The translations under genes were made by a program, and so were the position numbers. A stretch of 58,409 nucleotides of DNA from Minisyncoccota bacterium (GTDB lineage: Bacteria; Patescibacteriota; Minisyncoccia; Phycocordibacterales; XYD1-FULL-46-19), in contig JBBDJY010000006.1 in the NCBI GenBank assembly GCA_040879645.1, forward strand, positions 33,831 through 92,239, read 5' to 3'. The notes beneath the pieces are model-generated. The model was given only the letters and a program-made list of their open reading frames with translations, made no database searches and was not told the origin of the DNA. Position 1 is the stretch's first letter. Every line of letters begins with the position of its first letter. Shown one piece after another: positions 37,083-46,240 of the stretch.

Positions 37083-37967
37083 ATGGCAACCAGTAAGAAT
37101 TTCAGAGATCAAATTCAAAAACTCAAGATAATATTTGATTCTTTAGTTGTTGGTAAAGAATCGCTTTTGGCGATGATTGATGAGGTGGAAATCCCCGAGA
37201 ATGTTTATAACTCCAACGCCATTGAAAATTCCACTTTAACTCTCAAGGAAACGGAGAAGATTTTACTTGACCAAGAACTTTCTCGGGATGTTTCAGTGCG
37301 TGAAGTGTTTGAGGCAAAAAATCTGGCGCGTGTCATTGAATATAAACGAAACAACAGTCAAAAATTAGAGCTGACAAAAGATAATATCTTATTATTCCAC
37401 CAAATGCTCATCGGTGGTATTGATGATTCCATTGCCGGCAGATTCAGAAAAAAGGGAGAATATGTACGCGTGGGGACACACATCGCTCCGGCGCCGGAAC
37501 ATGTGGAAAGGATGATTGAAGAAATATTGCTTGAATATTCAAGTAAGCTGGAAACCTTCTTTCTTGATAAAGTTGCAAAGTTCCACCTAGACTTCGAGAC
37601 GATTCATCCTTTCTGCGATGGGAATGGCCGGATGGGCAGGGTTTTGATTAATCTGCAACTTTTATCGTTAGGATTTCCTCGCCTCATTATCAGGAATAAA
37701 GAAAAGGATATCTATTATCAAGCATTTAGAGATTACAAAGACAAAAAAGAGACCAAAACGATGGAGAAAATTATCGCACTTGCTCTGACGGAGTCATTGC
37801 ATAAACGAGTAACCTATCTTAAGGGCGAGCATATTATCTCTTTAGCTGAATATATTAAAAAACATTCACTTTCTTCATCGTCGGTAACCAATGCCGCCAA
37901 ACGTCAGAGTATCCCCGCTTTTCGTGAAAAAGGGGTATGGAAAATAGGGGATGGTTTTAATAATTAA
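37083..37967 (+). CDS. fic: Fic-family protein (class II, N-terminal inhibitory motif)
   Basis: Fic motif HPFCDGNGRMGR, plus SNAIEN matching the (S/T)xxxE(G/N) auto-inhibition motif N-terminal to the core. Confidence 0.85.
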   Translation: MATSKNFRDQIQKLKIIFDSLVVGKESLLAMIDEVEIPENVYNSNAIENSTLTLKETEKILLDQELSRDVSVREVFEAKNLARVIEYKRNNSQKLELTKDNILLFHQMLIGGIDDSIAGRFRKKGEYVRVGTHIAPAPEHVERMIEEILLEYSSKLETFFLDKVAKFHLDFETIHPFCDGNGRMGRVLINLQLLSLGFPRLIIRNKEKDIYYQAFRDYKDKKETKTMEKIIALALTESLHKRVTYLKGEHIISLAEYIKKHSLSSSSVTNAAKRQSIPAFREKGVWKIGDGFNN

Positions 37968-38025
37968 AAAGCCCGGCGAAATTATCGTCGGGCCTAAAGG
38001 GTGGGTCTTGTGATGGGGGAGAGAA
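37966..38025 (+). repeat. ~60-nt direct repeat containing a hairpin, copy 2
   Basis: See 34804-34863. Here it serves as the terminator for the minus-strand GC-rich ORF. Confidence 0.85.
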
Positions 38026-38028
38026 AGA

Positions 38029-38340
38029 TTATCTGGAAGCCGCTCGGGGCATGCGGGGCGCTTTCTTCTGCCCGAACTTCCAGAGTCGGAGTTGACTGTG
38101 ACGGCTACGACGGTTGAAAACATTGAAGCGTAAGGGTTGACCGAAAGCATCTTTTGACCGCTCAATCTTTGCCACCAAAGAGTAGTCAACCTCCCAAACA
38201 CTGTGGCATGCGCCATCGGCATCCGCCACACTGACGGAGCAGTTGTCATCGCAGTCACCCTTTTTCTCAATCAGGTGACGAGCGATGACTTAGTTGGTGA
38301 AGCTATCCAGTGGCTCCACATACCATTGGTACACATTCAT
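38029..38340 (-). pseudogene. GC-rich 103-codon reading frame interrupted by one in-frame TAA
   Basis: A strong AAAGGAGG site precedes ATG 38340. The frame reads MNVYQWYVEPLDSFTN, then TAA (38290-38292), then the same frame stays open to 38029 (VIARHLIEKKGDCDDNCS..). The track shows only the distal 66 aa. Confidence 0.45.
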
Positions 38341-38560
38341 CTCTAACCTCCTTTCAAAGATTTGTTCTTTCCGGGTCGCCTATGTCTAGTCTCACCAAAC
38401 CATAACATTTATTTTAAGCAATCGTCAATGATTTGAAATTTTGTCAGCCAAAGTCTCATTGGTGGTGGACGAGTACAGTTTTTTGACAACATCTAATAAT
38501 AGTGTTATCTTGCTTGGCAGATGTTCTTTAATTTCAGCAATTCAACCGAAAGGGAATTTG

Positions 38561-39001
38561 ATGGCGATAAATCATCGGAAGTACAAACTGATTGGGGATA
38601 AGGTTAGCGAAGGATTACTCCGAGTCCAAACGAGTGAAGGGTACTTTCACATTGATCCACAGACAGGAGAACCTGCTTACTCGGAGCGGTTTGATTTTGT
38701 TGGTCATTTTCGTGAAGGCTTGGCCTGTGTCAGTTTAGGTTTTAATGACTGGTTTCATATTACCCCTGATGGAAAGCCAGCTTATAAAAATCGCTTTGAA
38801 ATTGTTGGCAATTTCGGTCCGGAGGGCTTAGCCCGGGTTCGTAAACATGGGAGGTGTTTTCATATTCGGCGAAACGGTCTGCCGGCTTACAAGGAGCGTT
38901 ATGATGATGTTTGTCCTTTCAAAAACGGGAAAGCTAAGGTCTTTCCGATTCGTAAGAATAAGCCATTCTTGATTGACGCTAACGGCGATTTTGTCGATTA
39001 A
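38561..39001 (+). CDS. WG-repeat (KWG-type) protein
   Basis: Repeated units such as ..G(Y/W)FHI.P.G.PAY..RF..VG.F.EGLA.V... The start is at ATG 38561 behind AAAGGGAA. Confidence 0.6.
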   Translation: MAINHRKYKLIGDKVSEGLLRVQTSEGYFHIDPQTGEPAYSERFDFVGHFREGLACVSLGFNDWFHITPDGKPAYKNRFEIVGNFGPEGLARVRKHGRCFHIRRNGLPAYKERYDDVCPFKNGKAKVFPIRKNKPFLIDANGDFVD

Positions 39002-39007
39002 TCTTGC

Positions 39008-39037
39008 AATTCCCCTGACTTCGGTCGGGGGAATTTT
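39008..39037 (+). terminator. rho-independent terminator
   Basis: Stem AATTCCCCTGAC / GTCGGGGGAATT followed by TTG. Confidence 0.7.
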
Positions 39038-39094
39038 GTAAAAATATACATTAAAGATTTTCTGTTATGATAAGGTAAAAGTTTAATTGGTAAA

Positions 39095-40234
39095 ATGGAA
39101 ATTAATAACACCGCAAAAAATGATTTTACTCTAGTTATCTCCGAAGAAAAAAACCGGCGTTTTAATCGACTTCGGCGATGGTATGATAAATACGAACGGT
39201 ATTTAATCCCCGGCGCTCTTCTTTTGGGCGTGGCCACCGATGCGCTCTTGTTTAAGAGTATTAATCTGACTTTGGCTTTCTTGATTTTAACCGGCCACTT
39301 AATTCTCTCCGGCACGACGATGGCTTTTATCCAAGGTTATGATGCCGGTCGATTTGCTCGCAAGGTCTTCCGTTATGTCCGACTATTTTCGCCGCTTGTT
39401 TTGCAATACACTTTTGGCGCGCTCTTGTCCGGTTTTTTGATTTTTTATTGGTTTTCCGGTACTTTTGCCGCCAGTTGGCCGTTTATTGCTTTGATTGTGA
39501 TTCTGATGGTGTCCAATGATATCTTCAAGCAATACTATCTTCGGCTTAATGTTCAGATTGGTGTTTATTTCTTTATCGTCTTTTCTTATGCCGTTCTTAT
39601 TTTACCGTTTTTGCTTCGGCGGATTGAAGCTTGGGTTTTTGTTTTAAGTGGGTTGTTGTCTTTAATTTTAATCTGGGGTTATTTGTCCGCTTTAGCTAAA
39701 TTAGTGCCAACTATCCGGGCTCGTCGCCGGTTTTTTGCCGGCCTTATCGGTGGGATTTTTATCCTGATAAATATTCTCTATTTTACCAATATTATTCCGC
39801 CGGTTCCGCTGTCTTTGCGCGAAGCCGGTGTCTATTATTCGGTCACCAGACTGGACGGGGAGTATCGAATCGTGGCCCCGGATCCGTCGTGGTGGCGAAA
39901 GTTTTTGCCGGGCCAAGTTTTGCCGATTCGACCCGGTCGGCCTATCTATTTTTACACCGCGATTTTTTCGCCGACACGTTTGAATACCGACATTATTCAC
40001 CACTGGCAATTCTATGACGAAGAAAATAATCGTTGGATTAGCCAGGGTCGAGTCAGTTATGCTATTGTTGGCGGGCGGGACGGTGGCTATCGGGGTTTTT
40101 CATTTATTAATCAGGCCAGACCCGGACGCTGGCGGGTAAGTGTCGAAACCCGTCGCGGGCAAGTGATTGGTCGGCAGACTTTCCGGCTTAAGACGGTGGA
40201 TGAGATTCCGGCCACCGAGATTATTTGGCGGTGA
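39095..40234 (+). CDS. polytopic membrane protein with soluble C-terminal domain (DUF2914-like)
   Basis: About 7 TM helices, then a C-terminal domain (..IIHHWQFYDEENNRWI..GRWRVSVET..). The family assignment is from memory only. Confidence 0.5.
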   Translation: MEINNTAKNDFTLVISEEKNRRFNRLRRWYDKYERYLIPGALLLGVATDALLFKSINLTLAFLILTGHLILSGTTMAFIQGYDAGRFARKVFRYVRLFSPLVLQYTFGALLSGFLIFYWFSGTFAASWPFIALIVILMVSNDIFKQYYLRLNVQIGVYFFIVFSYAVLILPFLLRRIEAWVFVLSGLLSLILIWGYLSALAKLVPTIRARRRFFAGLIGGIFILINILYFTNIIPPVPLSLREAGVYYSVTRLDGEYRIVAPDPSWWRKFLPGQVLPIRPGRPIYFYTAIFSPTRLNTDIIHHWQFYDEENNRWISQGRVSYAIVGGRDGGYRGFSFINQARPGRWRVSVETRRGQVIGRQTFRLKTVDEIPATEIIWR

Positions 40235-40411
40235 TGATGGCCTTCTGGCCTGTTGCTGGGCAGTCTGTTTATTTATGGAAAATGATTTATAATAGTAAAG
40301 TGATGATGGCCGTTTTTTCTCATTCACTCGGGTTTTTATATTAAGAAATTGAGCCGGCCGAAAATTTCGGCCGATCGGAAAATTATTAGTTATAATTTAA
40401 TCATTAAAAAT

Positions 40412-41689
40412 ATGAATAAATATTTTAATTACAAAACTTTGAGCCTGACTGTTTTGTTGCTGGCTTTGATTTTGTCGGCCGGCGTGGTAATGGCCCAATC
40501 GGCGGGGAATTTGGAGCGGGTCATTGTCACCTTTGAACATGAGGTCAATGAACAAGCCGTCCAAGCGTTAGAAAACCGAGGCGGGCAGGTTTTAAAGTCC
40601 TTATCTTTGGTTAATGGTTTGGTTGTTTACATTCCCGAGCAAGCCATTCCGGCCCTATCAACCGTGGCCGGTGTTAAAACAGTTGAAAAGGATGCTGTGG
40701 TTTTTGCCACTCAAAAGCCCGAAAAATGCAGTCCTTGGCCGGGATGTCGGGATGATGGAGAGGAAGAAGAATCCATTCAACCACCGCAAACCGTGGAATG
40801 GGGTATTGAGCGCATCGGCGCTGACTTGGCTTGGGCTGAAAGCCGAGGCGAAGGGGTGAAGGTGGCGATTATTGATACCGGTATCAAAAAAGACCATGCC
40901 GACTTAGCCGCCAATGTTAAGGGCGGGATTAACTTTGTCGCTCCGACAACCGGTCCGCCTCAATCGCGTATTGTTGATCCCAACAAATGGGATGATGATA
41001 ATGGTCATGGCACGCATGTCGCCGGCATTGTCGCCGCTTTGGATAACGACATTGGCGTGGTTGGTGTCGGGCCGGAAGTTTGGCTGTACGGAGTGAAAGT
41101 GTTGGATAAAGATGGTTCTGGTTATGTCAGTGATATCATCGACGCTCTGGCTTGGGCCATAGACAATGAAATGGATGTTGTCAATATGAGCTTGGGAACG
41201 GCCAGTGATATTAGCTCTTTTCATCAAGCCGTTGATTCGGCCTATGCCGCCGGCTTAGTCCTTGTTGCTTCAGCCGGCAATTCCGGTGACGGTAATGGCA
41301 GTACTAATACCGTTAACTATCCAGCCAAATACTCTTCGGTTATTGCCGTGGCGGCGACTGATATTAACGACCAAACACCGACTTGGAGTTCCGAAGGGAT
41401 TGAGGTTGAATTGGCGGCGCCGGGTGTTAATATCCGTTCCACTTGGTATGATGGTGATTACCGAGCGATAAGTGGCACTTCAATGGCCTCACCGCATGTC
41501 GCCGGTGTTGCCGCTTTGCTTTTGGCCCTTGAGATTCCGGCCGGAGCCGACAGCAACAACGATGGTCAATGGTCCCCGGCTGAACTGCGAGTCGTTCTTC
41601 GTGATACGGCCGAAGACCTTGGTCCGGCCGGTCATGATGTCTTTTACGGTTACGGTTTGGTTCGAGCCGATTGGGCTCTTGGGCTTTAG
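40412..41689 (+). CDS. subtilisin-like serine protease (peptidase S8) with I9-type propeptide
   Basis: Catalytic triad motifs AIIDTGI, HGTHVAG and GTSMASPHVAG, with a signal peptide. The start is at ATG 40412. Confidence 0.9.
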   Translation: MNKYFNYKTLSLTVLLLALILSAGVVMAQSAGNLERVIVTFEHEVNEQAVQALENRGGQVLKSLSLVNGLVVYIPEQAIPALSTVAGVKTVEKDAVVFATQKPEKCSPWPGCRDDGEEEESIQPPQTVEWGIERIGADLAWAESRGEGVKVAIIDTGIKKDHADLAANVKGGINFVAPTTGPPQSRIVDPNKWDDDNGHGTHVAGIVAALDNDIGVVGVGPEVWLYGVKVLDKDGSGYVSDIIDALAWAIDNEMDVVNMSLGTASDISSFHQAVDSAYAAGLVLVASAGNSGDGNGSTNTVNYPAKYSSVIAVAATDINDQTPTWSSEGIEVELAAPGVNIRSTWYDGDYRAISGTSMASPHVAGVAALLLALEIPAGADSNNDGQWSPAELRVVLRDTAEDLGPAGHDVFYGYGLVRADWALGL

Positions 41690-41710
41690 TTACAAATTAA
41701 GCAAAACAAA

Positions 41711-41759
41711 AACTCCCCGATAGTAAATTAAAAATTTACAATCGGGGAGTTTAGCTTTT
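41711..41759 (+). terminator. rho-independent terminator after the S8 protease gene
   Basis: Long hairpin AACTCCCCGAT..ATCGGGGAGTT followed by TAGCTTTT. Confidence 0.7.
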
Positions 41760-41813
41760 CCTGTTCGTGACGGTATGATTAAAACAGAATGGGGGGTATT
41801 TCGGCACGCCAAT

Positions 41814-41847
41814 AAAACAAAAATTCCCCAAGACCAGAGTCGTGGGG
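41814..41847 (-). terminator. rho-independent terminator (minus strand)
   Basis: The minus strand reads CCCCACGACTCTGGTCTTGGGG followed by AATTTTTGTTTT, downstream of ORF 41870-42418. Confidence 0.65.
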
Positions 41848-41869
41848 AGAGGGGATGAGTAGTGAAGCA

Positions 41870-42418
41870 TTATTCTTCACCACTGTAGTAGTCGCCAGGG
41901 AAGCGACAACCGGGGGGTTTGGGTTGGTACTTCGATCGCGATGGCGGTGGTCCGTATTCAATCACGGGTTGTTCGGTCAATTGGTTGAATATCCCGACCA
42001 TCAGGGTCGACACCAGAGAGAAGAATCCAAAATAGAAAAAGATTGGAACAACGAAGAGGTGAGAAGCAAGATAGACCTTGGCCACAAATTGCCACTGTGA
42101 CACCGAGTTGCTGATTTGGGTGAAAAAGCCATGCGGGTTGGCAATGACAAGTAAGGCCAAAACCCAAGAAAGAAGATACCAGCCCGATGTCATCATAAAA
42201 GGCCAGTTGTTTTCTCCCTTGTGGGGCAGGCCATTCCCATCGTAATGGGTGCCGTAGATTGTTTGCGCTCGATTGTGTTGGGGGTGACTCTGATCAACAT
42301 AGGCACTCCAAGGCACAAGGGAGTTTCGCCAGCCCAAAATAATTCCCAAGAGACCCAACATTGTCCCTAGGCCAGTTACTGTCCACCAAACCCAGTCCGG
42401 CAAATTTTCCGGTTCCAT
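41870..42418 (-). CDS. 4-TM membrane protein, paralog A (unknown family)
   Basis: The start is at ATG 42418 (MEPENL..) behind AAAGGAG. Roughly half of its residues are identical, by eye, to ORF 56003-56488. Confidence 0.65.
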   Translation of the reverse strand: MEPENLPDWVWWTVTGLGTMLGLLGIILGWRNSLVPWSAYVDQSHPQHNRAQTIYGTHYDGNGLPHKGENNWPFMMTSGWYLLSWVLALLVIANPHGFFTQISNSVSQWQFVAKVYLASHLFVVPIFFYFGFFSLVSTLMVGIFNQLTEQPVIEYGPPPSRSKYQPKPPGCRFPGDYYSGEE

Positions 42419-42493
42419 TTCCGGCTCCTTTCTTTGTTTGCCAAGCACTAATTTGTCTACTTTTCAGATTATGCTTTTGTTTCAAGAAGTCAA
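42419..42493 (-). promoter_or_regulatory. conserved promoter and 5' leader, copy A
   Basis: The minus strand reads TTGACT, a 14-nt spacer, CATAAT, then the leader ..TAGACAAATTAGTGCTTGGCAA..AAAGGAGCCGGAAATG. It has about 13 mismatches in 80 nt against copy B (56489-56563). Confidence 0.6.
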
Positions 42494-42566
42494 GACAGAA
42501 AAATCTCTTTGGGCATAGGGCTTGCTTTTGAGGGTATTTTTTATGCTATGATGAGCACTTCAGCCT

Positions 42567-43316
42567 ATGTCTAAATACTATAAAGCTAATCGGGGGCCGG
42601 CCTGGAATTATGGCGGGAATAATTGGAAATTAAGTCGGTCTAAGATTGATTTGTTTTTAGCTTGCCGGCGGTGTTTCTATTTGGACAATAAATTGGGCGT
42701 CAAACGAGTGCCGGGTTTCCCTTTTTCCTTAAACAGTGCTGTTGATCATTTACTCAAACAGGAATTTGACACTCATCGGGCAAAGGGCAAACAACATCCT
42801 TTACAACAAGAATACGGCCTTGATGCTCGGCCGGCCCCACATCCCGAGCTTGATGAATGGCGACGGAACTTTGGCGGCGTGAAGTTTTTGCACGAGCCGA
42901 CCGGCCTGTTGGTTTCGGGAGCAATTGATGATCTCTGGATTAATAGTGATGATGAATATCTCGTTGTCGATTACAAAGCGACGGCCAAAGACGAAGCGGT
43001 GACCGAATTAAAAGAAGATTGGCAAGACGGTTACAAACGACAAATGGAAGTCTATCAATGGCTTATCCGACAAAATGGTTTGCCGGTGTCTGATACCGGT
43101 TACTTTGTCTATTGCACCGGCCAACTGGATCGCCAAGCTTTTGACAAGAAAATAGAATTTGAGGTTAATTTGATTGAATATGTCGGCGATGATGCTTGGG
43201 TGGAGCCGACGTTGGAAAAAATTAAAGGTTGTTTGGAAAGTAAGACGATTCCGCCGGCCAATTCTGATTGCGATCATTGCGCCTATTGGTCGGCCCGGCG
43301 AGAATTTGAAAAATAA
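42567..43316 (+). CDS. PD-(D/E)xK nuclease, Cas4/RecB-like with Cys cluster
   Basis: Motifs GAIDDLW..LVVDYKAT and QMEVYQWL. The N-terminal Cys pair (CRRC) plus the C-terminal CDHC suggest an Fe-S cluster, as in Cas4/AddB-type nucleases. Confidence 0.6.
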   Translation: MSKYYKANRGPAWNYGGNNWKLSRSKIDLFLACRRCFYLDNKLGVKRVPGFPFSLNSAVDHLLKQEFDTHRAKGKQHPLQQEYGLDARPAPHPELDEWRRNFGGVKFLHEPTGLLVSGAIDDLWINSDDEYLVVDYKATAKDEAVTELKEDWQDGYKRQMEVYQWLIRQNGLPVSDTGYFVYCTGQLDRQAFDKKIEFEVNLIEYVGDDAWVEPTLEKIKGCLESKTIPPANSDCDHCAYWSARREFEK

Positions 43317-43413
43317 ACTCATTTAATTCCCGATTGACTTTTCCCCAAGACGTGGATAATATCTGGACAGAGTTTGTTTGATTGGCAAGCAAACAACAGA
43401 AAGAAGGTGATCA

Positions 43414-43866
43414 ATGAAAACCTATCTTTTCGCCAGTCTTCTCTTGGTGGTGTCGATCTTGGTCTTCATGGGTTGTCCGCCCGAGGAGGATGACTTTGTT
43501 CCATACTTGCCGGGTGGTTCGGGTGAGCCGTCAATCTTCCTTACTGTGGTGCCGGCGATTGGCAGTCACGAGAATTTGCGTGGCCAAGTCTGGCATGTCT
43601 GGCCGTCCGAGAATATGGTTGCCGTCTACATTAAGTATAACGGTTGGTGGACTAAGCCCTATTTTAATTCACCGGTAACTAGTATTAGCTACCATGGTGG
43701 TTGGACATGCGACATCACTACTGGTGGTCAGGATCCACAAGCGACAGAAGTTGCCGCTTTTCTGATTCCGCTTGGCTATTCACCTCCTCAAGCTAGTGGA
43801 TTTCCTTCTTTGCCAGCGGGACTTTTCGATAACGCCTTGGATTGGGTGATTGTAGCTAGGGATTAA
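43414..43866 (+). CDS. putative lipoprotein, unknown function
   Basis: GAAGGTG ribosome-binding site and lipobox-like VFMGC, with a terminator following. Confidence 0.55.
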   Translation: MKTYLFASLLLVVSILVFMGCPPEEDDFVPYLPGGSGEPSIFLTVVPAIGSHENLRGQVWHVWPSENMVAVYIKYNGWWTKPYFNSPVTSISYHGGWTCDITTGGQDPQATEVAAFLIPLGYSPPQASGFPSLPAGLFDNALDWVIVARD

Positions 43867-43884
43867 TTTTTTGTTTTTTGCCAA

Positions 43885-43912
43885 ACGGCTTCCTTCGGGG
43901 GGTCGTTTTTTT
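43885..43912 (+). terminator. rho-independent terminator
   Basis: Stem ACGGCTTCC / GGGGGTCGT (with G-U pairs) followed by TTTTTTT. Confidence 0.65.
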
Positions 43913-44174
43913 GAAATTAGCGCCAATGTCTTTATCGCGCAGGTCGAATCTCACATTGGCTTTTAGTCAGCCCAATTCCGAACCGCTGGCGAAGTAAAAT
44001 TTGACAAGCAAAAAAGGTTTGCTAGGCTGGGGACAGACGGATAAAAGGCGCCCTTGATATCGCTGGGCGATGGTGAGAATCCCCATTTGGTCTTTTGATC
44101 ATAAGGTGGAGAGAAACCACAATCACTGCTTTTCCTGGTGTGTGAGGTGAAAAATCTCATTCAGTTCAGGAAGC

Positions 44175-44296
44175 CAAACGGTTGTTCGGAGGTTTAGGGA
44201 TTAGATCTCCAAGCTCCCGTGACTGCGGCCGGTCGGAAACGGTATCTGTCGTTTCGGGCGAGTATGTCAACGATTGACAGCTCGCCTTTTTATTTT
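44175..44296 (+). ncRNA. conserved RNA-like element with intrinsic terminator, copy 1 (unclassified)
   Basis: The 76-nt core (caaacggttgttcggaggtttagggattagatctcc..ggaaacggtatctgtc) is 71/76 identical to 46567-46642. It ends with hairpin GGCGAG-TGTCA/TGACA-CTCGCC and TTTTTATTTT (44257-44296). Confidence 0.5.
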
Positions 44297-44443
44297 GGTA
44301 AAAAAGTAGCCAAGGAAGTTTTTATCCCGTTCGCGAGTGCGCGAACGGGATATCTTTGTATTTATCAATGGATTTAACAAGCTTAAGCAAAATGTGGATA
44401 AGTTAAAACCGGCTTTGGGTGAGTGGGGTATAATAAAAATACT

Positions 44444-46240
44444 ATGTCACAATATCCGCAATTGGTTGAAGCGATTGTTAAAATGAAGGCCGCCGGTGCT
44501 TTGGATGAGCAGATTAAGACCGACTTAAAAAAAGCCGGCTGGACCGAGGAAGATATTAGTCAGGCCTATGTCTCTTTGCCTCCTATCGTCAGAGAGCCGG
44601 TGTCGCCATTAACTGAATCGCCCCAACCACCTCCACCATTGGTTGATCAGACTCCACCCCCGCCAACTCCGGCTTGGCCGACGGAAACGGCACCGGCTCG
44701 TCGCGGGCATAGGGGATTAGTTATCGGTTTGCTTATCTTTTTCTTGTTGATTGCTTTGGCCGGTGGCGCTTTTGCCTATTTAAAATTCAGCAGTTCTTCG
44801 CCCGGTGCGCCCTATGACGAAAGCAATTTTACTTCCGGCCTATTACAAAAAATGTCCGAAATCAATTCGGCCGAATACACTCTTAGCAGTGCCCTTTATA
44901 CCGAAGCCCGCGAAGCTGATGCCGAACCGTTTAATATTGTCGTATCGGAACGACCGGATTTTGCCGAGCAGTACGAGCGTGACCGGGAAAGATTCCAAGC
45001 AGTAGAGGATATTTTGTGGCAATTAAGATCTCACTCCATCGGGAACAATAATACCTACCCTCAAACTTTAGCTGGTTTAAATATTCGCGAGACAAATGAT
45101 CCGCTGACCGGCTCGCCATACCAATACCGCTCAACTGACCAAAGCCGTGATTTTAATTTAATCATTAATCTTGAAACCGATGAGGCAGTAAGGCAAGCTC
45201 GGCGCTTGTCGGACCAACCGACAAGACCGGGAGAAGATATTGACGACTCGGTTCCGACGATTGAAATTAATGACCGGAAAATAATTCTTAGTAAAAAATC
45301 ACCCTCTTACTACTACCTGCCAGCCGAACAAAAAAGTCTTTTTGAACGATTAGCCGAAGGGGCTGCTTATTTACCACCGGAAATTGATGTTGATTCGGCG
45401 ATAACGGTGGCAGTTAATAACGGTGATTGGCGCTTCAATTTAGACGGCACCGGTGACTTGGGCGATCTAACCTATCGCTTTAATCTTGATGCCCTCAAAG
45501 TGGTCAAAACATTTTACGGCCGGATAAACAATTTACCGGGCATCTTTTTCTTTGATGATATGTTGCCACCTAAAGGCCAGTGGGTTAAATGGACACCAAG
45601 TGAGGATAATAACTTTTTCCTTCCGGTTGATGATATGGAAGAAAGTTACAAAGAGAATAAAGATAAATTAGTGGCTTTTGTCAAAGAGGCGACCCGACTG
45701 GCCGACGAGGAGGGTCTGATTGCCTTTAAGGCGCCGGTCCGGAGAGAAACGGTAGCTGATGGCCGGTCTCTCTATCGCTATGAATTGGGTTTTCGGCGCG
45801 AAGTCATTTTGCCTTTTTTTGAACGCTTAACGGTTGAAGCAAATGAACAGAATCTGACTGGCGATTTTCCGGTCGCCGACGAAGTCTTTTTAGACTATCT
45901 GCGAAGTGATGAATTCTTGCAAGTTTTTAACTATTACGACCAAAATACCAAGTTAATTCTCTGGATGGATAGCGAAGGTTATCCGGCTTTGGTCGAGTAC
46001 AGTGTCCGCATTGTACCTCCGGCCGGCAATCAAACCTTGGCCGACAAACAAATAATGCTGGTCTTAAAACTCTCGCTCAAGCAAATCAATCAGCCAATCA
46101 AGATCGAAGCCCCAACCGACGCCAAAACTTTGGAAGAAATATATAACCCTAATCCTCAAACTGACGCACCTTCATCCGGAGAATCTGGTTTAACTGAACA
46201 AGAACAAGAAGAAATCACTCGCTCGTTACAAAATCGTTAG
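44444..46240 (+). CDS. membrane-anchored Pro-rich protein with pseudopilin-like segment (unknown function)
   Basis: ATG 44444 lies 9 nt after TGGGGTATAAT. The protein has a Pro-rich linker, one TM helix (LVIGLLIFFLLIALAGGAFAY) and a YPQTLAGL..DPLTGSPYQY segment reminiscent of type II secretion/pilin-like C-terminal domains. Confidence 0.6.
   Translation: MSQYPQLVEAIVKMKAAGALDEQIKTDLKKAGWTEEDISQAYVSLPPIVREPVSPLTESPQPPPPLVDQTPPPPTPAWPTETAPARRGHRGLVIGLLIFFLLIALAGGAFAYLKFSSSSPGAPYDESNFTSGLLQKMSEINSAEYTLSSALYTEAREADAEPFNIVVSERPDFAEQYERDRERFQAVEDILWQLRSHSIGNNNTYPQTLAGLNIRETNDPLTGSPYQYRSTDQSRDFNLIINLETDEAVRQARRLSDQPTRPGEDIDDSVPTIEINDRKIILSKKSPSYYYLPAEQKSLFERLAEGAAYLPPEIDVDSAITVAVNNGDWRFNLDGTGDLGDLTYRFNLDALKVVKTFYGRINNLPGIFFFDDMLPPKGQWVKWTPSEDNNFFLPVDDMEESYKENKDKLVAFVKEATRLADEEGLIAFKAPVRRETVADGRSLYRYELGFRREVILPFFERLTVEANEQNLTGDFPVADEVFLDYLRSDEFLQVFNYYDQNTKLILWMDSEGYPALVEYSVRIVPPAGNQTLADKQIMLVLKLSLKQINQPIKIEAPTDAKTLEEIYNPNPQTDAPSSGESGLTEQEQEEITRSLQNR

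Noticed and set aside
37875-38270. 131-aa minus-strand ORF overlapping the fic 3' end.
   Set aside because: It crosses the shared terminator hairpin and the fic coding end, and has no RBS. The neighbouring frame with the SD site and a single TAA explains the open reading better.
43913-44296. Known structured RNAs in the long spacer: cobalamin riboswitch (GGTGAGAATCC), ykkC/guanidine-I (TAGGGATT), ZTP (CGTGACTGCGG), SRP RNA (TTCAGGAAGCC), RNase P, tmRNA and 6S.
   Set aside because: Each resemblance is a single short string. The other obligatory conserved blocks are absent, including the B12 box, ACGR loops, CCGCCTGGG, the GGAA tetraloop helix, GGAAAGTCC and the tRNA-like end.
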